A stretch of DNA of 34,237 nt from Macrostomum lignano (GCA_002269645.1 NIVC01000515.1:1-34237), one strand, 5' to 3'. Shown: positions 8,740-19,558, counted from the stretch's first letter. Numbers and translations are program-made. The notes: generated from the sequence alone by a model not told the origin.

Positions 8740-9300
8740 GAGCACAGAGATTGGCCACCCCTCTTATCTCTGCAATGTTTAGCCGTTCCCAATGCACAGA
8801 GATAGGATCCTCTCCGCAGTGTATTTTTCCTATATCCTTTTTGCCGCCTATCTCGCCAGCGCTAGTGCGGCAGTATCATGAATCGCCTCTATCTCCGCAG
8901 TGCTTAGCCGTCCCCAATGCACAGAGATAGAGCTCATATCTCTGCAGTGCTTAGCCGTCCCCAATGCACAGAGATAGAGCTCATATCTCTGCAGTGCTTA
9001 GCCGTCCCCAATGCACAGAGATAGAGCTCATATCTCTGCAGTGCTTAGCCGTCCCCAATGCACAGAGATAGAGCTCATATCTCTGCAGTGCTTAGCCGTC
9101 CCCAATGCACAGAGATAGAGCTCATATCTCTGCAGTGCTTAGCCGTCCCCAATGCACAGAGATAGAGCTCATATCTCTGCAGTGCTTAGCCGTCCCCAAT
9201 GCACAGAGATAGGGCTCATATCTCCGCAGTGTATTTTTCCCTATACATTTGCATTGCCGCCTATCTCGCCAGTGCTAGTGCGGCAGTATCATAATTCGCC
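8740..9300. repeat. 47-bp palindrome-containing tandem array (7 full copies from 8897) plus a duplicated ~75-bp tail; probable subterminal/TIR repeats
   Basis: Unit gcagtgcttagccgtccccaatgcacagagatagagctcatatctct starts at 8897, 8944, 8991, 9038, 9085, 9132 and 9179. The tail at 8816-8889 recurs at 9226-9302. Confidence 0.9.
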
Positions 9301-9817
9301 CTACTACTCTCTATCTTATCTTCTTCCACCCCTCTGTCAAAACGGCTCTTCAAGTGCCACACTTTATACACAGTGGATTGGTTTCCTATACTCAGCAGAG
9401 CTCAAACTCGCAATATCGCACCATATTCCAGCTAGTAGACAGAATGTCCGACAATAAAATTTTATCCAGCTCCCGGCGGATTAATGGACTGGCCGGGCAG
9501 ACATGGGAGCGTCTGCAACCAGCCAAGACTGCTTTCTCGCATGCGGTAGATATTCAGAGGGCTATAAATAGACTGATAGCATTTGTCAGGGAACTGACCT
9601 TGCCGCGGTAAATTGGATGAAAGTTATGGACGGGACTGTCAAATTAGTGCAAAAATTGGCGAAGATTAATTGGTGCACTGTTTTGCACTAATAAATCATA
9701 TATTTATATTAGATGTGCCTTGGATTGGCTTCATCACTGCCGTTGCTGGCTTCACCTTTGCACTGCAATGTTGTTAGAATAATTTGAAATGGGTGATTGC
9801 GGACCGTTCGGGTTTGG

Positions 9818-10376
9818 GTGTCTTAGATATAGGGTTCAGTGTCTTAGATGAAGGGTTCAGTGTCTTAGATGAAGGGTTCAGTGTCTGAGATGAAGGATTC
9901 AGTGTCTTAGATGAAGGGTTCAGTGTCTTAGATGAAGGGTTCAGTGTCTTAGATGAAGGGTTCAGTGTCTTAGATGAAGGGTTCAGTGTCTTAGATGAAG
10001 GGTTCAGTGTCTTAGATGAAGGATTCAGTGTCTTAGATGAAGGGTTCAGTGTCTTAGATGAAGGGTTCAGTGTCTTAGATGAAGGGTTCAGTGTCTTAGA
10101 TGAAGTGTTCAGTGTCTTAGATGAAGGGTTCAGTGTCTTAGATGAAGGGTTCAGTGTCTTAGATGAAGGGTTCAGTGTCTTAGATGAAGGGTTCAGTGTC
10201 TTAGATGAAGGGTTCAGTGTCTTAGATGAAGGGTTCAGTGTCTTAGATGAAGGTTCAGTGTCTTAGATGAAGGGTTCAGTGTCTTAGATGAAGGTTCAGT
10301 GTCTTAGATGAAGGGTTCAGTGTCTTAGATGAAGGGTTCAGTGTCTTAGATGAAGGGTTCAGTGCTTTAGACGAAG
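9818..10376. repeat. 21-bp minisatellite (gtgtcttagatgaagggttca), about 26 copies
   Basis: Directly visible. Confidence 0.95.
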
Positions 10377-11214
10377 AGCTTGATTATTTTTTCAAGGAAA
10401 TCAAGTTACCAGTCAGCTGTTTTGAGCAGTTCCTCCCAAAATGAAAACTGTTTCACCATTATTCTCAGTTAATAGCGGAACCTCACGGGCAGAGGGTAGG
10501 CACTGTCTAATTTGCACGAAGAAAAAAACACATTTTTTGTCTTTAAACTGGAAAATTGGATTTTCTGCTAATGCGACCACTTCACGCGGAGCAAGTGGGT
10601 AGGTGTAGACTGGGTAGAGAGGGGATGAGAGGAGAGAGACAGAGAGTTGCTGTTTGAGCTGACAACAAATCTGCGTTCTTTTTTGTCTAGAGTTTCTCAA
10701 GCGTTTTTTAAGCTGAAGTGTTAGTTTTATGAAATACTTTTCCCGCACCACGTAGAGGGCCTTCAGCTAGCCTGCAGCGCTTCTCAGCCAATCAGAATCG
10801 TCTAGGGAGAGAGGGCTTGCAGCTCTGGCCGTACCGAGATTAAAGGTTGATTCAACTCGCTGCAAGCTCCGGTCCCGCTTGCTAGCTCAGCTATTGAGGA
10901 GCAGTTTGTCTCAGGAAATCGCCCGTTCCAGACCCCCCCCCTAGACCTGTCTTAGCAGTTGGCAAGAAGGCTTGGCTAGGAAAAGCTTCACAAAGCCCCT
11001 GTTTTGGCGACAGAGTTAGCAGAGGATCAAAGCGAAGGTGAGCATTTTTTAAAGTTGGATTTCCTATTCTCGGGTTTCTGGTCGATTTAGATTATGGCAG
11101 TTGATTGACCCCAGATTGGGGCATTGTCTTGCGCCATCCGCTTGGCTCAGTGAAGAATCAGTGGAATATACCACGAGGGAGAAGGTGGTACTGGGGTAGA
11201 GAGAAAGAAAAGGA

Positions 11215-11395
11215 TTTAAAAGAAAGAAGACATAAACAAGATAAAAGATAGAAGATAGAAGACAGAAGATAGAAGACAGAAGATAGAAGATAGCAGATAG
11301 AATATAAAAGACAGAATATAGTAGATAGCAGATAGAAGATAGAAGACAGAAGATAGAAGACAGCAGATAGAAGATAGAAGACAGAAGATGGAAGA
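11215..11395. repeat. Purine-rich low-complexity repeat (agaagatagaagac-like)
   Basis: Directly visible. Confidence 0.8.
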
Positions 11396-11886
11396 TTGTG
11401 GCAGCTGTACCAAGCTAAAATAAAGGTGCTCAAAGAATGAGAACATGCTGAGTTGAGGCCAGAGTTGATAAGCCGTATCACATAAAAATATACCCAAATA
11501 GAGGCTGTAAACTATAATGAGAAGCAGTGAAGCCAAGAAAGCAATCGATTTCATGCTGAGTTCAGGCCAAAAGCAATCCATAGGGGGCTCAAGAGATCGC
11601 TAGAGAGACGCAGAATTTTTTTTTCTTTTTCCCTTTGCTTTAGAGTCGGCTTAGACTTCGATTTAAAGCCAAAGGAGAAAAGCAAGAGCCTCTGGAGAAG
11701 GGATGTGAAAGTAACATCAATTATCTGCTCAATTGCCAATTGATAAAAATAATAATAAAGGGGACTCAATGAATGGCAGTGGCACACACGGATCAAAGGT
11801 ATTGATAGCATAGGTGTGGCAAAATAAGTTATTCTGCAATCTTGTCCTTTGTTTGGGAATGAAAAGGGAGACAGAGGGGGGCAGGG

Positions 11887-12391
11887 GGTGAAGGGAGAGT
11901 GAGACACAGCTAGCAGAGGGTGAAGGGAGAGTGAGGCACAGCTAGCAGAGGGTGAAGGGAGAGTGAGACACAGCTAGCACAGGGTGAAGAGAGACTGAGA
12001 CACAGCTAGCACAGGGTGAAGGGAGAGTGAGACACAGCTAGCAGAGGGTGAAGGGAGACTGAGACACAGCTAGCAGAGGGTGAAGGGAGAGTGAGGCACA
12101 GCTAGCAGAGGGTGAAGGGAGACTGAGACACAGCTAGTAGAGGGTGAAGGGAGACTGAGACACAGATAGCAGAGGGTAAAGGGAGACTGAGACACAGCTA
12201 GCAGAGGGTGAAGGGAGACTGAGACACAGCTAGCAGAGGGTGAAGGGAGACTGAGACACAGATAGCAGAGGGTAAAGGGAGACTGAGACACAGCTAGTAG
12301 AGGGTAAAGGGAGACTGAGGCACAGCTAGCAGAGGGTGAAGGGAGACTGAGACACAGATAGCAGAGGGTGAAGGGAGACTGAGACACAGCT
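11887..12391. repeat. 32-bp minisatellite (gagacacagctagcagagggtgaagggagact), about 16 copies
   Basis: Period 32 (e.g. 12029 and 12061). Confidence 0.95.
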
Positions 12392-13060
12392 GAAGAGAGA
12401 GTGTAGCTAATGTTGAATCTGCTGACCAAACATCAATAGCGATTACGTAATGAGACTTGCAACAGTTCTCAAACTTAGAGCCGCTCCCGGATAGCAAAGT
12501 GGATTTGTGCTTCGATGCCGGGGTAGAAAGAGTATTTGTTGGGAGAATTCTCCAGTGGAAGGAGAGCAGTGCAGCAAAAGAGGGGGGGGGGCAAGCTGCG
12601 GTGGCCAGGACTGGTAATTTAGCGAAATGAGCTTTGCTCAAAGATTGAGTCCGGAGCTGTGCCAAGCCAGGAAGCAAGATGAAAGACAAATTTCTGCTCA
12701 GTCCAGGAACTTCGCTGGTTTCGTTCGGCTGGTTTCTCCTCAAGCTCGAAGATTGCTTCAAGTCGTCCCTCCCCTTTTTGGCGGCGGTCGCGCTTCGCCA
12801 AGTGAGGCGCGGGTGCATGGGGAGAGATAGAGATGGAAGGGAACGAGGAAGACATACTGACTGATGATGAAGTCCCGGCCGGGGTCTCCCGGGCGATTCT
12901 CCCTTTTTTGATCAAAGACTTGGAAAGGAGGAGCTTCTCTGTCTCGGGTCCGGCGTGCTCCGCTGCTCCTGTGCACCGCGGCGTGCTTTATGGCTGCGCC
13001 TGGCTTGAAATTGCAGTCCTCGCTTGATTGCCCTGTTTGTGTGTCTTTTCTCCCCTTTGC

Positions 13061-14225
13061 CTCTCCTCTCCTCTCCTCTCCTCTCCTCTCCTCTGCTCTG
13101 CTCTGCTCTCCTCTCCTCTCCTCTCCTCTCCTTTCCTCTCCTCTCCTCTCCTCTCCTCGCCTCTCCTCTCCTCTCCTCTCCTCTCCTCTCCTCTCCTCTC
13201 CTCTCCTCTCCTCTCCTCTCCTCTCCTCTCCTCTGCTCTCCTCTCCTCTCCTCTCCTCTCCTCTGCTCTCCTCTCCTCTCCTCTCCTCTCCTCTCCTCTC
13301 CTCTCCTCTCCTCTCCTCTCCTCTGCTCTCCTCTCCTCTCCTCTGCTCTCCTCTCCTCTCCTCTCCTCCTCTCTCTCTCCTCTCCTCTCCTTTCCTCTCC
13401 TCTCTTCTCCTCTCCTCCTCTCTCCTCTCCTCTCCTCTCCTCTCCTCTGCTCTGCTCTCCTCTCCTCTCCTCTCCTCTGCTCTGCTCTGCTCTCCTCTCC
13501 TCTCCTCTCCTCTCCTCTGCTCTCCTCTCCTCTCCTCTCCTCTCTCTCCTCTCCTCTCCTCTTCTCTCCTCTCCTCTCCTCTCTACTCCTCTCCTCTCCT
13601 CTCCTCTCTCTCCTCTCCTCTCCTCTTCTCTCCTCTCCTCTCCTCTCCTTTCCTCTCTCTCCTCTCCTCTCCTCTGCTCTCCTCTCCTCTCCTCTCCTCT
13701 CTCTCCTCTCCTCTCCTCTTCTCTCCTCTCCTCTCCTCTCCACTCCTCTTCTCTCCTCTCCTCTCCTCTTCTCTCCTCTCCTCTCCTCTCCTCTCCTCTC
13801 CTCTCCTCTCCTCTCCTCTCCTCTCCTCTCCTCTCCTCTCCTCTCCTCTTCTCTCCTCTCCTCTTCTCTCTACTCCTCTCCTCTCCTCTCCTCTCCTCTC
13901 TCTCCTCTCCTCTCCTCTTCTCTCCTCTCCTCTCCTCTCCTTTCCTCTCTCTCCTCTCCTCTCCTCTTCTCTCCTCTCCTCTCCTCTCCACTCCTCTCCT
14001 CTCTCTCCTCTCCTCTCCTCTTCTCTCCTCTCCTCTCCTCTCCTCTCCTCTCCTCTCCTCTCCTCTCCTCTCCTCTCCTCTCCTCTCCTCTCCACTCCTC
14101 TTCTCTCCTCTCCTCTCCTCTCCTCTCCTCTTCTCTCCTCTCCTCTCCTCTCCTCTCCTCTCCTCTCCTCTCCTCTCCTCTCCTCTCCTCTCCTCTCCTC
14201 TCCTCTCCTCTCCTTTCCTGTCCTC
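13061..14225. repeat. (CTCCT)n homopyrimidine satellite
   Basis: Directly visible; generates many spurious ORFs. Confidence 0.97.
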
Positions 14226-14659
14226 TCATCTCCTCCACTTACTTCAATAACCTTTCTTATCCTATGCTTTTTTCCTTTTATCTCCGTTCAACCCAGACCG
14301 CACTCTTGTCAATGCGTTCTTTATCTTATAAGCGTACCGATACTGCCAAATCTTAAAGGGACAGCAGATAAAGATAAAGAGAAAGGTAAAAACACTGACA
14401 ATTTACCTTGCAAAAAGATGTACTTTTTTAGCTAATCAAAGTACCGGACTCCATTTTTGAGCGGTAGTTATTGCACTTTCTAGTAGCTAAAAAGGCGTAC
14501 TATAACCACCTGCATGCATTATGTGTTCAGGAGTCAGCACGATGGACAGGCTTTGCGCCAGGGTGCCCAAAAGTAATTTGTAATTTAACTGTTAATATGA
14601 AAATTAAGGAATTAATAAACAAAATTTTCCAATTGTGCGCAGGATAGAAGAGCCAAGCG

Positions 14660-15666
14660 ATGCTGCTGCTGTCTCTGCTGTCAGTCCTGGTGCTCAGTCT
14701 CGTGCCCGACGTCTCCGCTTCGATCTACGGTACGCCGAGGCACCACAGGCTGGTGTATACCCTGTACAGCACGGACCACCCCAGCTGCCAGCACGCGGAC
14801 GAGACTCCGCTATCCGTTGACGGATCCCTGAAGCTGACCACAGCTGCATCTGGCGGTTCCGGCTACAGACTCTGCTCAACTCCGGTGGTTCCGTTTGGCG
14901 AGCTGATTCGCGACCCTCGTGGCATCCGGTTCTGGTACCTGCGCATCCGAGTCACTAAGCTGTCGCCCGGTCAGGAACTCGTGGTCGTCTCCATGGAGAA
15001 GCAGGACATGAGCCCGGGCATAGTTGACAATGACAAGCACCACAGAGTTACTAGCGAAGCGAAGACAATTCCAACTGAATTCCAACTGCGCTACAGGTAT
15101 GCCCGGCTGTTCTGGGTGGAGAGCAGCCCGCCGGGGCCGCCAGTCAACATCACGGTGTCTCGCTATGCCAGATTCGATGAACAGTTCAACTACACAAGCC
15201 GGCGGCTGTTCTGCGAACGGTACGGCAACGTCTGGTGCCAGAAGAAGGTCAAGGATGACGGTGGCAGCGACGATGGTGGACTCTGCGTAGCTCCGGGAAG
15301 CTGCAGCCTCCGTGCTGACTGCTTCGACCTGTTTGAAGAGCCGAACAAGTGCCCGGACGGCCCATTCTGGCTTGGCGGTGTCGGCAGCTCCAACCGGTCG
15401 AATCTGCTGCACCCGACTCACAGCTCCTGGCTGTCTAGAAATTTCCCCTGGCTAGCCTTTGGCGCCGTGCCGATTGCGTTGGCGTTCGCTCTGGCAAAAA
15501 TTTGCGCTCAAAAACGCGAATTGGATATTGACGACGACTACGACTATAAGTTGAGCTGCTCGGAGAGGGGCGGTCGGAGAAGCGACGAGGAAGAAGGCGA
15601 TGGGGATGAGGCAGGCTCCGACAGTTTCACATTCGGTGGCGGTCCCAGACAGTCCGCTCTGGCCAG
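14660..15666 (+). CDS. Single-pass membrane protein with signal peptide, CUB-like and LDLa-like domains; exon 1 of 2
   Basis: Hydrophobic signal MLLLSLLSVLVLSLVPDVSA. Beta-rich domain with a Cys pair (CUB-like, inferred). WCQ...LCV...C...ADCFD..EE..C (LDLa-like). TM segment FPWLAFGAVPIALAFALAKIC. Donor CCAG|GTGCAG at 15667 (phase 2). Confidence 0.8.
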
Positions 15667-15674
15667 GTGCAGAC

Positions 15675-16477
15675 CTGTTCCTTTGATTTACCGCCACTCT
15701 CTGTTCCCCTTTGATCTACCGCCACTCTCTGTTCCCCTTTGATCTACCGCCACTCTCTGTTCTCCTTTGATCTACCGCCACTCTCTGTTCTCCTTTGATC
15801 TACCGCCACTCTCTGTTCCCCTTTGATCTACCGCCACTCTCTGTTCCCCTTTGATCTACCGTCACTCTCTGTTCCCCTTTGATCTACCGCCACTCTCTGT
15901 TCCCCTTTGATCTACCGCCACTCTCTGTTCTCCTTTGATCTGCCGCCACTCTCTGTTCCCTTTGATCTACCGCCACTCTCTGTTCTCCTTTGATCTACCG
16001 CCACTCTCTGTTCCCCTTTGATCTACCGCCACTCTCTGTTCTCCTTTGATCTACCGCCACTCTCTGTTCTCCTTTGATCTACCGCCACTCTCTGTTCCCC
16101 TTTGATCTACCGCCACTCTCTGTTCCCCTTTGATCTACCGCCACTCTCTGTTCCCCTTTGATCTACCGCCACTCTCTGTTCTCCTTTGATCTGCCGCCAC
16201 TCTCTGTTCCCCTTTGATCTACCGCCACTCTCTGTTCTCCTTTGATCTGCCGCCACTCTCTGTTCCCCTTTGATCTACCGCCACTCTCTGTTCTCCTTTG
16301 ATCTGCCGCCACTCTCTGTTCCCCTTTGATCTACCGCCACTCTCTGTTCTCCTTTGATCTACCGCCACTCTCTGTTCCCCTTTGATCTACCGCCACTCTC
16401 TGTTCTCCTTTGATCTATCGTCACTCTCTGTTCCCCTTTGATCTACCGCCACTGTTTCTTCCCCTTTGATCTGCCGC
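15675..16477. repeat. 28-bp intronic minisatellite (gatctaccgccactctctgttccccttt), about 29 copies
   Basis: Directly visible; fills almost the whole intron. Confidence 0.95.
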
Positions 16478-16548
16478 TAACCCTTTCAGTACAATAATTA
16501 TCAAGTCATTTCGATAACACAGATAACATTTATTTTGCACTCCTTCAG

Positions 16549-16957
16549 AAGCCCCTCAGCGAACCCAACGCCAGATCCTGAACCTGCCATCAGTCAGCAC
16601 GCACGCCACTCTGGCAGTCTGAATCGGGACAGCCAAATTCGAGGAAAGCATCAAACGAAAGCGCCGCCTCCACCGCCTCCGCCGCAGCCCTCGGCGAAGT
16701 CGTCTCCGCCCCAGTTGGATTTCAAAGCCAGCGTCGCAAACGATGAAGAGCCCGCGCCGCCGCCGCCTCCACCCCGACGGTGGGACCGGGCCTCGCTGCA
16801 GCTGAGGGCTCCTCCAGACTATGAGGGCAGCTTTGAGGGCAACAGCCGGCCGCTGCTCTGCCAAGTAGACGCCCCAGCGACTGGCTTTGACGGAGGAGCC
16901 GAGCGGGAGTCGGTTGAGCTCACGGCCATCGCCCAGCAACCGGCGGGATGCGCGTGA
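16549..16957 (+). CDS. CUB/LDLa-like membrane protein, exon 2 of 2 (Pro-rich cytoplasmic tail with PPxY)
   Basis: Acceptor TTTTGCACTCCTTCAG| at 16547-16548, phase 2 matching exon 1 (AG+A = Arg). Poly-Pro tracts and APPDYEG; TGA at 16955-16957. Confidence 0.75.
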
Positions 16958-16959
16958 CG

Positions 16960-17377
16960 GGATTGCTAATCTAGCCAATACATGGATGCAGGAATAGAAT
17001 GGATTGCTAATCTAGCCAATACACGGATGCAGGAATAGAATGGATTGCTAATCTAGCCAATACATGGATGCAGGAATAGAATGGATTGCTAATCTAGCCA
17101 ATACACGGATGCAGGAATAGAATGGATTGCTAATCTAGCCAATACATGGATGCAGGAATAGAATGGATTGCTAATCTAGCCAATACATGGATGCAGGAAT
17201 AGAATGGATTGCTAATCTAGCCAATGCACGGATGCAGGAATAGAATGGATTGCTAATCTAGCCAATACACGGATGCAGGAATAGAATGGATTGCTAATCT
17301 AGCCAATACACGGATGCAGGAATAGAATGGATTGCTAATCTAGCCAATACACGGATGCAGGAATAGAATGGATTGCT
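16960..17377. repeat. 41-bp minisatellite (ggattgctaatctagccaatacacggatgcaggaatagaat), 10 copies
   Basis: Period 41 (16960, 17001); starts 2 nt after the stop codon. Confidence 0.95.
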
Positions 17378-18031
17378 TAAGAGGTTAAGATAAATCCAAG
17401 GATGGTGTGATCAGAGCTAACGGATTCACTTCCGTGATTCCAATTTTGTTCAAACATTTAGGAGTAGTTTTACTTCTCAACGCAGGGTTAAGCGCGCTCT
17501 GAACTGCTACCCCATGAATATTTGAGTAGAAATGTGATTTGCCGTGTAAATGTAAAATTCATCCAGTTCACTCAGTCCTCAATTTGATGACCACTCTGTG
17601 TGATTCCTTGTGCATAGAAACTGCTAATGGGGGTCACGCAGTCTGCGGATCAATGGGATTCAATGAGCAGCACTTCTCAACCCAACAGTTCTCCCCGAGC
17701 TGTGAACAGGCGCACCTACGTGTATTGAGCCGGCTAAATGCATAAACTGTATCTCCTTGCTACTATCGCAATTTGCAATTAGCAATTTGCAGCAAGAATC
17801 TGCCGCGTATGTTTTTTAAAAATCTCCAATAGTCATTTATACTCGTACGAGTAGATTACCATTGCATTGGCCTAATTGTGCATGTGCGCGTTGTTTGTAC
17901 TGACTTTTTTCTCATCTACTCCAATCCATTCTGATTGTAAGCTAGACTGTCAGCACAGCATTGAACCTGTGCTGTACTTGCTTTACTACTGTTGTTCATT
18001 GCCGGTCTTTTTTCTTGAGGCACCGAGAGGT

Positions 18032-18433
18032 GCCAGGGCTCCAGGGGCGCCAGGGCTCCAGGGGCGCCAGGGCTCCAGGGGCACCAGGGCTCCAGGGGCG
18101 CCAGGGCTCCAGGGGCGCCAGGGCTCCAGGGGCGCCAGGGCTCCAGGGGCGCCAGGGCTCCAGGGGCTCCAGGGCTCCAGGGGCGCCAGGGCTCCAGGGG
18201 CGCCAGGGCTCCAGGGGCGCCAGGGCTCCAGGGGCGCCAGGGCTCCAGGGGCGCCAGGGCTCCAGGGGCGCCAGGGCTCCAGGGGCGCCAGGGCTCCAGG
18301 GGCGCCAGGGCTCCAGGGGCGCCAGGGCTCCAGGGGCGCCAGGGCTCCAGGGGCGCCAGGGCTCCAGGGGCGCCAGGGCTCCAGGGGCGCCAGGGCTCCA
18401 GGGGCGCCAGGGCTCCAGGGGCGCCAGGGCGCC
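18032..18433. repeat. 17-bp GC-rich minisatellite (gccagggctccaggggc), about 23 copies
   Basis: Directly visible. Confidence 0.95.
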
Positions 18434-19010
18434 AATTGATAGGGCCAATTTAAAAGTGCAAATCACACGGTCTACTGAACAAAAATAAACGAATTGATTA
18501 TCAAGATATTTACAAAATTGCTTATTCAGTCGTAAGCTCTAGCTAAAGTTTATTTTTTTCATTCAAAGCATTTCCATCGCAACGTTTGATTCAGTCTATA
18601 TTCAGTCAAAGTTTTTATACACAAGGCGGAGAAATCACAGCCTCCAGAACGAGTTTAGAAGAGTCCTACAATGAGGGCGGCACCGGACACTGAGCGCCAG
18701 TGTTACAGCAATTCTTGAATCGAATCCCGAGTGGAATTTGAATTGGCCACACGCTCAGATTGGTCAGGACAATGCGGTCAGCTGGTGAATTGCGGAAGAG
18801 AAGGCAGGGAGAAATTTAAAGGGAGAAGTTCGGTCGAAGTTCGGTCGATGAGCGGGACTCAACATTTTTTTCTAAAAAATAACTTGTCCAACCTTCCTTG
18901 GGTCTTATTTCGCTTCAGCTACACCTGCCTCTGCAGACAAGCCACCCTTTCACCTTAGCCAGGGAGTCCTTGAACCAGAACTTGGACTGGAAGAAAACAG
19001 TTGACGAACC

Positions 19011-19558
19011 TAGTGAAATTTAAGTCTTGTGTGAAATTTAGGTCCAGAGAAATTTAGGTCTAATGAAATTTAGGTCTAATGAAATTTAGGTCTAGTAAAC
19101 GTTAGGTCTAGTGAAACTTAGGTCCAGAGAAATTTAGGTCCAATGAAATTTAGGTCTAGTAAACGTTAGGTCTAGTGAAATTTAGGTCCAGTGAATTTAG
19201 GTCTAGTGTGAAATTTAGGTCTAATGAAATTTAGGTCTAGTGAAATTTAGGTGCAGTGAAATTTAGGTCCTGAGAAATTTAGGTGCAGTGAAATTTAGGT
19301 CCTGAGAAATTTAGGTGCAGTGAAATTTAGGTGCAGTGAAATTTAGGTCCTGAGAAATTTAGGTGCAGTGATATTTAGGTGCAGTGAAATTTAGGTCCTG
19401 AGAAATTTAGGTGCAGTGAAATTTAGGTCCTGAGAAATTTAGGTGCAGTGATATTTAAGTGCAGTGAAATTTAGGTGCAGTGATATTTAGGTGCAGTGAA
19501 ATTTAGGTGCAGTGATATTTAGGTCCTGAGAAATTTAGGTACAGTGAAATTTAGGTCT
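19011..19558. repeat. ~16-bp minisatellite (gaaatttaggtgcagt / gaaatttaggtcctga)
   Basis: Directly visible; two alternating variants. Confidence 0.9.

Larger units (their letters stand above)
1..9312. mobile_element. Polinton/Maverick-like endogenous virus-like element, right-hand part (left part outside window)
   Basis: Polinton-type family-B DNA polymerase in a compact cluster of mostly intronless ORFs. Subterminal tandem repeats at 8740-9300 end in TACTACTCTCT (9302-9312; reverse complement AGAGAGTAGTA), matching the (AG)n/(AGT)n termini known for Polintons. Integrase, capsid, ATPase and protease not seen, so the classification rests on the polymerase and terminus. Confidence 0.75.

Noticed and set aside
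8897-9230. CRISPR-like appearance of the palindromic 47-bp array (also considered for the 26-, 28- and 41-bp arrays)
   Set aside because: Units are directly adjacent with no unique spacers, no cas genes are present, and the context is eukaryotic.
1-9312. Integrase, packaging ATPase, cysteine protease or capsid genes
   Set aside because: No DDE rve, Walker A/B, adenain His-Cys or jelly-roll-like ORF recognised. They may lie left of the window or be absent.
10413-12818. ORFs at 10413-10751, 11158-11907 and 12070-12818
   Set aside because: Non-ATG starts or low-complexity translations derived from purine-rich and 32-bp repeats; no motifs.
12912-14435. Long ERRGE/SSPLL ORFs
   Set aside because: Translations of the (CTCCT)n satellite.
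17876-18488. Collagen-like ORFs
   Set aside because: The 17-bp unit yields the same 17-aa cycle in all frames; the Gly-X-Y register breaks every cycle; no signal peptide or collagen terminal domain.
19011-19558. Telomere-like TTTAGG motif
   Set aside because: The hexamer is embedded in a 16-bp unit rather than tandem (TTAGGG)n or (TTTAGGG)n.
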